From Hydrolagus affinis (Eukaryota): a stretch of DNA of 59,601 nucleotides. Of this stretch, positions 39,401 through 51,400 are shown in pieces (positions within the stretch are counted from its first letter, which is position 1; each line of letters starts with the position of its first letter). The position numbers and the translations under genes are program-made. The notes beneath the pieces are model-generated. The model saw only the letters and a list, made by a program, of their open reading frames with translations, had not been told where the DNA came from and ran no database searches. The stretch spans positions 1 through 59,601 of the forward strand of contig JAAILG010001955.1 of NCBI GenBank assembly GCA_012026655.1, in the 5' to 3' direction.

Positions 39401-42400
39401 GGTTAATGTCATTGTTCTCCTCAGCTTGTATTTCTCTGGTTAACTGCTCCTCCTCTGCAATTGCATTAGCGATTGCCTCCTCATTTTCCTGTTCTAGACG
39501 ATTGGCCAGTTCTTCTCCTTTTGCAAGAACTGCTGCCATAGATTGCTGGGGGGTGGGAAGAATTAAACGAACATAAACATTTGCAAAATGTAATGGAATC
39601 GTACCAGAAATCATGTTGTCACAGACAGTATGGGTATTTATACAGAAATGTGATTTTCTTTACACTTGAATTACAGCTACTAGAATGTCATTTACCTAGA
39701 GGGGAAAAACTACTGTAATTGAAAAAATAAAATTGTATTGAGTTAATATAATGAAGGATAATTCATACTACACGACTAATAATATTCATGACACTATTCA
39801 TATTAGACTAGTGCAAGTGAAAGTTCTTTTTAATTCTGTGTGTGTGCTCTTATGGTGACTGTGAGCTCAAACTGGCTCAAAGCATGTACAACTTTCATGG
39901 TATTTGTGCTTAGGATCTACCTATTGGTCCAGTCTTAGCTTCACAAGGTTCATGACCCATCTAAACTGCCTTGTCTTGTTGATGAGCCAGACAGGACGGT
40001 CATCCATCAACAATGTCTTGGATTACTACTTGTTTGCTCAGAGCCAGTTCAATTTCAGGGAGGCCCCACTTTACAAGGAAGATATTTTGAGAGATAGTAT
40101 TCTACATCAAAAGGTTGAAGGGGAAATTTAATCCACGAGGATTTGAACCCGGCACCATTTGGTTCCAAGTTCAACTAAACGAGTTAGCTAGGATGTTGTA
40201 CTGCCATACCTACATAGATTCCTGAAGATTACAGGAAAATGCGGCCTAGTCAACACTGGAAACCTGAACTGTCTTTACATTCATTATTTTCACCACATTC
40301 CAAAATTTCTCCCTCATGTTTGCAGATTTAAAATGACACATATGTAATTGCAAATTTTCAATTTCCAAACCTTCTTTGTGGTGTTGGGTTCAGATAGATT
40401 CTGTTGACAATTACTTGCACTAAAGTGGTCAATGGCAAAAATTTAGAAACAATTTGACTTGGTGTCTGATTCTATCAATAGCAGGTATCAAAAGGATGCT
40501 TATTTATAAATATGGATGGTTGGGAATGAGAAATAAGAATGCATTGTCATCAAGAGTTTCAGATGACACATCAAACAATGAAGAGTGAACCAGATGTGGT
40601 TTTCAAATACTACCTGAATCCTGACATTAAAATACACTAAAATTTAAATAATATTTAAGAGTTGTGCCAAAAAGATGCCTTTGAGAAGCCCTGCTGACAA
40701 AATACAGAATTCTATTGCCAAACATAAGCAATCCATCTGTAATTGAGAAGCAAAGAAATAATGACTGCAAAAGCCAAAAAAAATGGAAATTAAATTTTCA
40801 ATACAAGGAGATCATTTTGTGTGAGGAGGTCAACTCACACAGTATATTCTGTGAAGCACTTTGAGAAGTCTTGGAAGACATGATAAGGATCTATATCAAA
40901 TGAAAGGATTATTATTTGGCTCCTCACATCTGTACCACTTCCATTTCTTTTTGTTGAGTTACTCATTTTTTATTAATTCTACTTCAGTCTTTTTTCGTTA
41001 TCCTGAAATGTGTTTACTTCAGATGCTTATCCAGTTCTGTTCATGTTAATCCACCCTCGATAGCCACCAGGCTATTTTTAATCTCAACAAAGACCAATTG
41101 CATTTATTGCATATACCTCACGTTGCCCCAAAGAGCTGTTTACATCTGAGCAATTAATTCAACTGTTAAAAATGTGCATTTATGTGACTTGTGTAAATAA
41201 ATGTGATGAACGATCAATAAAAAGGTTTACAAAATTATCTGGAATTCCTTTTAATACAAGGAGATCATTCTGTTTGATCGTTTACAATACTCGCATAATT
41301 CTACAACTCATATAATAGAATCCACTGATGTAAAGTGTTACAATCCAGAGCAATTGCTGTAGTTACAAGTGGTTAAAAGTGTACATACAGATATATAAAA
41401 ACCTAAATTAAAAGTAACCTCAGATGTTTTCACTATTGTAATACTCACATTTCTGTCAGTTTTCACTTTTATTCATGTTAATAACTCTACAGATGACACA
41501 TACCCTGTTTATATTGTTTCGCCCACATAATATACAGTCAATTCACTTACAGTATATTTTGTGAAGCGCTTTGAGATGTCTAGAAGACATGAAAAGTGCT
41601 ATATCAAATGCAAGGATTATTATCATTATTATTCTATATTTTAAGAGAGCAAGAGATTAAGTAAGAGCACTGGAAGCCGTCAACAGTCTCTTCGGGGAAT
41701 AGTGTGACATCCATTTTCATCTCTCCTAGGTGAAAGCTAGTTAATCGTTTTGTAACATGAAGTAAGGAAAAGGGGAAAGTCTCTTCTGTCATCAAAGCAG
41801 TTCACAGACTGCCCCCCAAATACCAACAGAGAGTCTGAACACAAAGGTTCTATCTGAAGCCACCCAAAACGTTTTCCCCCATCTGCTTTCACAGTACAGA
41901 GAGTCCAATTCCTTTTTGATCTGAGTTTAACTAACAGTCCCCTATGGCCATTAAAGAACAATTAATCTTTATATTTTAAACAGGCCTTCAGATTTTAGCA
42001 CGAGCATTGGCAGTCAGCCTTTGAAGCATGTCTGAAACAAACTCTTGCTACTTACCCTTCATTAACACGTTAATTGACAACCCCCTGAAGAGCCAATTAA
42101 CGTGTAAAGATTCATGGGTGCCAACAATTATAGAACTTCCAGAAACCAATGCAGACTACATGCAACGCAATTGTGTTCAATGATCGCCATGTTAAACACA
42201 CATCTTATATTTAACTTAGTTTTAAGCATCTTGGCACAATTTAAAACAGACTACAATTGTTCAGTAATCAACTTCTGAATCCCTTACAAGGCAACAGAAA
42301 TGCTCTGGGGCAAGGGCTGAGGCATTAGTAAGTGGCCATAGGACTTTTATAGAGTCTTATATTAAAATGACTGCCAAGTGTAATGATTATTTTAGCACAC

Positions 42401-45400
42401 AGAATTTTGATTATGACAAGTAACATTCCAAACAGAAGCTCTGGCTATTAAAACAAATTTTTGATAGAATATACGAATAATATTGAGACAAATATAGAAG
42501 AAAAATAAAGAAAAACAAATTAAAGGGAAAAATAAATGTGAGTTGTAGATTTAAAACCCTGCTTTGTTTTTAAATCTTATTTAGTCTTTATGACATACCT
42601 AGCATTTAACCAATTATAACAAATTTGATATTTATCAATTAACTGATTAATAATTTAATCTACACAGAACAAAAGCCTGAATGCTGATGGTTATAATTGT
42701 AAACCAGTTAAAAGCTCCAACTTGCATACCACATGCATGTATCGCCAGTAACTGAAAAGATTAATCCAGTGGATTATTTGTAGCAAATGTTCTTTATATT
42801 GGGAGATTAATTTTGTCCCAAGAAATTGGCATCATCAACAAGTGGGATTTATTACGGACACTGAAAGCTAAAGTTAATGACAAAGAGCTTTTAACGTTGC
42901 CCAATTTACACTGCAGCAATCATGGAATCGATGTCTTATTACCAGATCCATCCTGGACCTTTAAATTGTGATTCAATGCAAATATTGCATCAAATTCACA
43001 CTAAAAGTGCAGGGTAAATGGTTTCATCATTGGTTTCTCTCCTAATACATTTTCACTTTAATTTCTGTTCACTCTCAAAGTCACCTTGCAGAGAAAAGGG
43101 TTTGTAAGGTGCAAGTTTATATCAGAGGAGCACATTTGGTAAATTCAAGAAAACTCCTCCCATTCTGCAGCCTGTACCACCGTGTACCAGTTTCGTCCCC
43201 CCAACAACCCCCATCTCCCTCCCCCACCAAAAATAAATGTAGGTCACAGCACACAAAACACATCTAAAATAATTATTTTTCTTTAAAAATTGCCGGAGGG
43301 AGGATGGTAGACAATAAAAAGCATCAACAGATAACTAAAACATTTCTAAATCATTTCCCACAGGGAATAAAAAAAACTGCCCAAGTACAGTAATACTGAA
43401 CTGGACTTTTGTTACTCACGTTTGAAAGTTCATTGGAAAGATCGACTTCAGGTCCCAGTCTGCCAGCATCTGCTTGAGCTGTTTCTTGCACAGATACTGC
43501 ATCTCCGTCTTCCACCTTTCCATCCTCTGAAGGGCAGACAGTGTCGCTCTCATTCTCAGCGATTCCTGGATCTTGTCGCCAAGGCTTGTCTTGCAAAGGC
43601 ACATTATCAGGCTGTGCTACATCCACAGATGTGTTTTCTGTGTGCTAATGTAATACAATGCTTATTAACAAGAGGTTTTGATAGCTCTACAATTGTTCAA
43701 AACATGACTATTGATTAAAATACAAAGCTTTTGGCCCAATGTATTTGGACAGAAGCTAAAGAGAGACCATTTTGATTTGTTTCCAATTAAATACCATCTA
43801 GATTAGAAACATCTTGTAAACAGGGAGAATTTGTGGCAGACGTAACTGAGATGTGGCTGCAAACAAAAGCACTTAAATGCATAGTATCAATTTATATTGC
43901 ACGCTGAGTATGTCTGATCTCCGATTCACTGTGTTTAATGGGGATCATTGGTAATAAGGATTGAAATATCACAGGAATAGTTAAGCAGGCTGTGGGGAAT
44001 TATATTAAATAAAAGGGATCTTAAATATAATTTACAAGTATTAATGAAATCTCCCCTTTTGAATTAGTTCTAGAAGCTTTATTTTTCTTTCACTCAATGT
44101 AGTTTTGAATTTCCTAAAGGGTTAACTATAAGGCCAATGCTGCAATATAAAAGGCATGCGAAGAATAGGATTGGGGGTTGAGGGAAGGGGACACTGATTT
44201 GGAGAATTTGGTCACATGCTCCATCTTGAGGTATATTCCTCTTACACCATTCTGCAAAATATTCACATTTGAGAGTGCAAGCCACAGCTGCTAAACAGTT
44301 CAGGAATAAGGGACATCAATTGAGGCCCTCATACATGCTTTATACACTGAATAAATTAAATGCTGGATTTACATAAACAGAAAGCATTTGAACAGTTGGT
44401 TTAAAAGGTGTGAGTCTTACCCAGTTGTCCATCATTTCATATTGGAACAACAGTAACAACAGCAACAAATTCCATTTGTATAGCACCTTTAACGCCAGGA
44501 GGACATCCCTAGGCCGTGGACAGTTGAGGATCCGCATAGAGCTGTCTTTATTGTAAATAATTTAATGATATTTATTTAAAGGGAACAAATTAGTTAAAAG
44601 GGAACTCTCCTCATGTAGTTTTATTCCCATTCAGAGGTTTCCGCTCTACCACAACTCCGAGGACTAGTCTCAGTAAAGTGTACAAACAGTGGATTAAAGC
44701 AATAAAGTGATGACCCAATGAGCACAAAAGTGACTGAGTGCATTATAATGCTTGAAGTAGAGACATTATTGCACACTTGAGGTTATTTCTGCAATCTGAA
44801 CAGCAACCTTATAACCTGATAACTGCAGTCAATATTAAATTCAGCCAAGGATATTAAAAGCTTTTTTTGAAAATGAAAAAAAGCCTCACTTTTTGCTTTT
44901 ATATTATGTCAGTAATTATTCTTTGTTTTATTATTCACAAATGTCAATCTTGGAAGCCTTCAGTCCAAAACGTAAATTAGCAAGAAATACTGAAAACTAT
45001 TTTGTAATGCACAATGCCTCTTCAGACAAGCATTTGGAACACTTAATCCCAAGAGCACAATAAAATTCACTGCTTCACTCCCTAGCATTCAGAAGCAATG
45101 GTAAGATGCCAACATATCCACAATGCCTGGAAACAAACTGTCCTTTCAAGTGATCTACTCAGAACATAGGAACTTTGAGAGCCAACAACTTAAACATTTA
45201 TAACACGCAACATAAAATATAAATTTGCAGACTCTTGATTCCCGAAAAAAAATCCCCCTTTCTGACCAAATTAGTGATTAATAACATACTAGATGCAGAA
45301 TCCGACATCAACTGCAGAGTTACTTCTTGACAATTTGTATATTGACAGTAGTGACGATTCTTATCTGTAAATCATCCAATAAGGGAGGAGTCCAACAAAA

Positions 45401-48400
45401 AGTATTACTGCAGGAGAATGACTCTGTGCCAGAAAAAAAAACTGTCCCTTCAAGCCCATCAAGCTATATTTCAAGTAAAACTTACTATCATGAACTTCCC
45501 CCAAACCCACGCCATGTCCTGGGGGAAAACTCTACATTGCAATAACATGATAAATCAAGTAAAGCTCCATATTATCCTCCCCACATCTGCTCTTAACATT
45601 GATCAAGGAAACAAAGAATCCTATTTAGAATGGTTTTCAGTATCTTCCAATGCATTGCTTTCTACTCGAGACAAGTCTCCGTGCTTTGCCCACTTTGCTA
45701 AAGAATAACACACATCTTGCCTGATGTCTGTAGCTTCCCTCACCTGCCTTCCTGTAACTTCTGAGTTTCTCATCACTCGTCTCCCAGACACAACCCATCT
45801 CCATACTTGGCTTCACATACAAAGACAAAACAATTACAAACAACCAAATACGTCATCAGCTTAAACCCAAACCCACTTAACTCCTAAAAACTAACTGAAA
45901 ACTGCCATTGATCACTTTTTTTTAAAAAAAAGGGATTACTTTGATAACTTTCCCTGCAGCCAAGGAATCCCACAAACAATCAAAGATTGAATGAACAAAT
46001 TATTGTTTTGAAGGGAATATTACCCCCTGCAAAAAGCGATCTGCAATCGACTAATCCGGGTTCCTGCTTAGTGCTAGGTAAACAGTGGAGTAAGGAAACT
46101 TGCCCAACGTTTCGCCCTGACTGGGAATCAAACCTAGGGCCTCTCTCTTACGAGACAAATGCTCTAATCACTAAGCTACAGAACTCTACTATACAAAATG
46201 TAATCTTTGCTCATTTCCAGGGAGCCACTTCAAAAGGCAAGTTACCGACAGGTCCTGATCCTGCTGATATTCTGTGTGGCAGCAATGAAGCAACCTGGAA
46301 AGCCCCCAAACAAAAGTAATTTGCAGCAATCTCAAAGGAGTTAGTCTGTACCTTAAGGCTGTCTGCGAGGGAGTCTTCGTTGTGCTCAACTAATTTTTCT
46401 GTTGCAACTGAAACACTCTCGGAATGGACACTGATTAACTCTTGTTTTCCGTTCCGTTCTCCCGAATGTCCATTCATCTTATCACTATCATCCTTAAGGT
46501 TCAGATACACTATTTCTGGTGTCTTTATGTTGATGTTCGCTACCATAGTAGCAGACCGTGGACGAGCAGGCCTCCCACGATGCACTGTCTCCCAACCTTC
46601 AGCATCCTTTCTTTCTGTCCAATCAGAAAATTTATAATAATAGTAATCCTTGCATTTGATATAGCGCCTTATCACGTCTCCAAGGCATCTCAAAGCGCTT
46701 CAGAATATACTGTAAAGTGAATTGACTGTACAATTTGTGGGCAAATGAGGGATTAGATTTGGCAAAAAGATGTAGCACTGCGGCAAACTGGCTATGGGCT
46801 TGCCTACAAATACAGAGTCACTGGACAGAGACAGTTCATTCACACATGCTAGATCAGGAGAAAACAGTTTTGATCCTAGTTAAACACAACTTTTGATGTG
46901 TTGACTGTAGTGAAACACTGGAGTCCATCTGTGGGATGGATCATGACCCCCACCCCACCACCCCATTGTAACCAACCAGATGATATACTGCAGGGATTGA
47001 ATGCAGAAGAAGCAAAGAGGTGGTGAGGTGAAAATGTATTTAGAGTTTTAGTGGCCATAACTGTGAACAGAAATCAAAGGATATATGAATGCATGAGCAT
47101 ATTCACTTGAATGTTAAATGAGGGGAAATGCACCCGGTTCCTGCAAAAAATATTCCAGTTTGAGATTTTAAAAGCACATAAGAGAGGGATTCCATCCTTT
47201 CCAACTGGAAACCTGATACAAAGACTCACACTTCATTCAAAATTTCACAGCTCACATTTCTATCGCAAGTAGTTTACCCGAAGGAATAGAAGGAACATAC
47301 ATGCCTTCGGGAAAAATATTTCAGGAAATTCATCATTGAAGAAGGTCTCAATGGCGACACATGATCTTGACATTTTGTAACCAATCAAGTCTCTTCAAAA
47401 TAGTTTGTTAAACAATCCTATATTTCCAAGTAAATTCTCAAAATAACCACCAACATTCTTGGAGGAGGGGTGGCGGGAGGGGGCTGAAAATGGAAGACAT
47501 TTATAATTCTTATTCTCAAATATGTAAGTCCTTTCCTTAAGGCTCTCTCCACAACATTAAATATTGCTTGAATCTTTTTTTTCATGAACAGATTGACTTA
47601 AAAACTGGTTATTTCATCTGACGTTACCTCTACAACAAATCATAACAAAATTAATGTCAGAATGTTTTCTAACTAAGAAACAATGACAAAATAACACTTG
47701 TATAGCACCTTTCAAGTCAGGTGGGCGTCCCAAGGTGCTAAATAATCCTGTTTATGACTGTGTTGTGTTTTGAAATTCTGAATTTATGCAAATAATTACT
47801 TTTTTTAAAATATTTTTCCCCCCTAAAGACATTCACTCACCCTGGGGTACAGTGCTTTGCCCAGGAACACATACTCACATCCTCATGCTTCAGCCACAGC
47901 ATTTGTCAATGGGCTATTTGACCATATAGAATATCATAGGATTTCACAGCAGAACAACTTTCAATCCAGGATCATTGAATAGTAATTGGAGCATGATTTC
48001 CACCCCTCACCCACCCCCTTTCCTACTGATAGGAAATGACCTGGAAGTGGTCGACAATGGTTAAAAAGTGTCAAAAGCTTCTACCCACTGGTCCTGTTAT
48101 TCCTCACCTAAATCAACATAAAGCTTAATTAAAAAAACTGCTTGGATATAACTAATGGCTTATTTCAGTGAAGCTGCAAATTTTACTCTGCAATATAAAC
48201 AGAAGCCATACAATGCAGCCAATGCACTACTTTTTCCAGGAACAACTGGCTCCTGGAATTGACCTGAAAATTCAGTCTGAAGTCTGCCTTACATTTTGGC
48301 TGGTTGATATAATGTGACATTTTTCACTACATTTATATTTTACCTTTTACAATGTAACCTCAGCAAGGTCTGCATTCACCTCCGACTCTACTAACCACCC

Positions 48401-51400
48401 TATGTCCCAGGATTCCGTCTACATCTAATTCCGCCCTGTTCCCTCTCGGCTTCACTTCCCTCTTCTATATCTACTCTATCCATTTATATTCTAAGGCTTC
48501 ACCAATTTAAAAGGAGTCAGAAAATGACTCGACCTATTAAGCTATATTTTAAAGTGCAGTATCAACCAGAGACCTTAGACTTGTTTTAATTGCCTGCTAA
48601 AACTCAATCTGTTCAATAGGTCAGGATGCCTCCACTTTTATCAAAGCAAGTCCCTTGGCTACGCAAAAGAGATTATAGACAATTTAGATTTGATTTACAA
48701 ACTCTATATTGACTTCAAATTTAAACCATAGAAGGGTGATAGTCCCACTCTGTGCTTGTCGATTGCATATATTGGAAGTCCATACCGAGATGGCAGTTAT
48801 CTGTTTTGGTCAGCTGAGCGTCTGACACATGGGGAAACCCATTTTCATGCTTAAGACTATCCAAACCAAACAAAATTCCACATGTCTCACTTACACTGGA
48901 AGTTCCTGAGATAGATTGTTGGAATGGAATACGCACTCTCTCCCTAGAGGCACGCATCCTGCTTACTATTCCGGACAGTATTAGGCACAAGTTAGCAAGA
49001 GCCAAGGCTTGCAGACCTCAGAGTTGCCATCGGAGAGCTACTGGAGACTAACCACCCTACCTGTTTGAGCTCTGGCTTGCAGAAAACTGAAAATCTGACA
49101 TTCCATTGCCAACCAAGTCAGCTTGGAGCCAGTTCAACTCCAAAGAGACCCCGTTTACCTCCTCCTGGTGAAGGGTAATCACTAGTTAATCATTCGACAT
49201 CCAGCAAGTGTAGATTTGAGCCCTCACTAGGCGGGTGGCAGATACTAAGGAACTCCCTGCAAGCTTCCTGGTGAGCCATATGTCTTGGCATGAATTCATA
49301 ACCCAGAACAACCAATTGCTATTGTATCGTATCTTAATTTCAGTATCTTTTTCACTGTGCAAAGCATCTGTGAACTTTCACTCACCAATTGTCTGTGAAA
49401 CAGTCCGCTGAGAAGACTTCTGGGAGATATTTCGGGTGAGTTTTGGGACTCCTGTAAAAGCCGTGCTTGCCCGATTAGCTTTTACTTTGTCAGCCCAACT
49501 CGCACCAGTTGGAGCAAGTCGAGCAACTGCCAAAACAGGAGGAGGTGGCCTAAATATAAGAAAAATTCAATACAGATTCAAACCACAAGCAGAACTGGTC
49601 ACCAACAACAATAAATGAGTGAGATTAAGAGGTGTACTATTGATTTCCTTGATTTTAAAAGCCGGCGTTGTGAAAAATCAACTACTACCTTCATTAAAGG
49701 AATTTCAAACAATATCGTTATTGTAATTTTCATTTCATCACACACCATTTCGAATGCAAATCATTTTCCAATTACCTAAATATAAATTACCTTTAAATAT
49801 AAATTTAGGGTAGTTACAATATTTTTACAAGATGATCAAGAAAAGAATGTCCTTAATTCATAAATAGTATTTTATCATTTCCAAAAAGCAAAATCTTTTG
49901 TAAGATTCAACTTGAAAACATTGACGGCACACCTGCAATCCAGATATTTGCAATAATTGTGTATTATTGGCCCTATTGCGATATAAAAACACTGCAAATA
50001 TCAGATCTCTGAGTGCCTCTCTCTATCCATGTAATTATCTGGATCAGATCTCTTCACTTTATACATATCTGTAACTAAACATATCTATAACTGAACATTT
50101 TCACCAATGTAAGTCTAACTACATTATACTTCTGAGTCCCGATGTGGATTAGGAAGCGTGCAGTTATCCAGCGTGCAGATAAGCCACTATAGTTAAACAA
50201 TTTACTTCTAATGCTGTTTATTAACAATGCATCCAGTAAGGCAACATAACCAATAACAAATATTTGCTTGTACCTTTAGCTCGGTAATGTTCTAGTTCAA
50301 GAGGTTCTGAACTAAGCCACTATTTGAACTCCATGTAAATGTGCATGTCAATATCACTGAACATTTACACTCCCTCTTTGGTGATCAATATTCATTTCCT
50401 GAGGTATTACCATTACTCAGTAACGCACATATTGAACCAACTCTTCAACAGTCTTCAACAACAATTAGATGCGAACATCCTTCAGTAGCAATGCGTTTAA
50501 TAAATTAGAACCAAACCGATGCAAGTCACATTAAACAAAGGATCAAGCTGCCTATATTAATCTCGATCTTGTCATGGGATTCATTTAATACAACTTGGAA
50601 GGCTAATGCTTATTAAAATATAAAGCGATGAATCTGATGTTTGCCCTGTATAATATATTGCATTTTACATGTTGAGTGGGTGAATGGAAAGGAGATTTGC
50701 ATGTAATTTATTTTGTGTGATTTATTTGAGATAGCACGCTCTCCATTTCTCGACGTAAAGATTCACCTTTTTTTTTTGTACATGGTCAAAATCCCAACAA
50801 TATTTTGCTAACAAAACTTCATAGTTACTCATTTCCTGGGGCCTGTTGATAGCATTGAGGTATACTTTTGCTTTTCCTGAATAATGTTCCATACAATTTG
50901 GCAAGACATTACATATTACAATCAACACAAATTGTGTCTCTTCATCGGTAACAAGCTGGTAAATCTAATGTGTTTCAATCACCAGTTTTGCAAGATACTG
51001 CTAGCAAATATCTAACCATGATCACTCAAGTAGTTCATATTTTCTTTAGCCAACTTGCCAAATGGTCTAAGCAATGCTTTAATTGGAATGAATCCTTACA
51101 TGGTATTAGAAACCACAAAGTTCAAACTCCTTCGAGCATTTGATGTAGGGCCAATTCGATCTGTAGGTGGACTTGGCATGACATGTCGCCCTGGAGACAT
51201 TTTCCTCACTTCCCATGCCAGTGATGTGGGTCTGCAACAAATAATTCTCAAATGTTAAGGCATGAAGCTAGTCGCACAAATTACATGTACAATTTCATTT
51301 ATTTTAAGTCTCATTAACTGAACTTGTTGAGGCAATATTTACGAGGATCACCTATTCTTCCATCTTATTCATGGGCTAGACAGATTGTATTGCACAAGTT

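Noticed and set aside
42081-42110. Hammerhead-like CUGAAGA core (also CUGAUGA near 53925 and a decayed motif near 36270)
   Set aside because: No properly closed stem II followed by GAAA, so the catalytic core cannot be assembled.
47825-47900. Donor-like CAGG|gtgagt site
   Set aside because: The context looks like an old SINE remnant, there is no acceptor, and the short upstream frame is phase 2, incompatible with the phase-1 exon at 46614.
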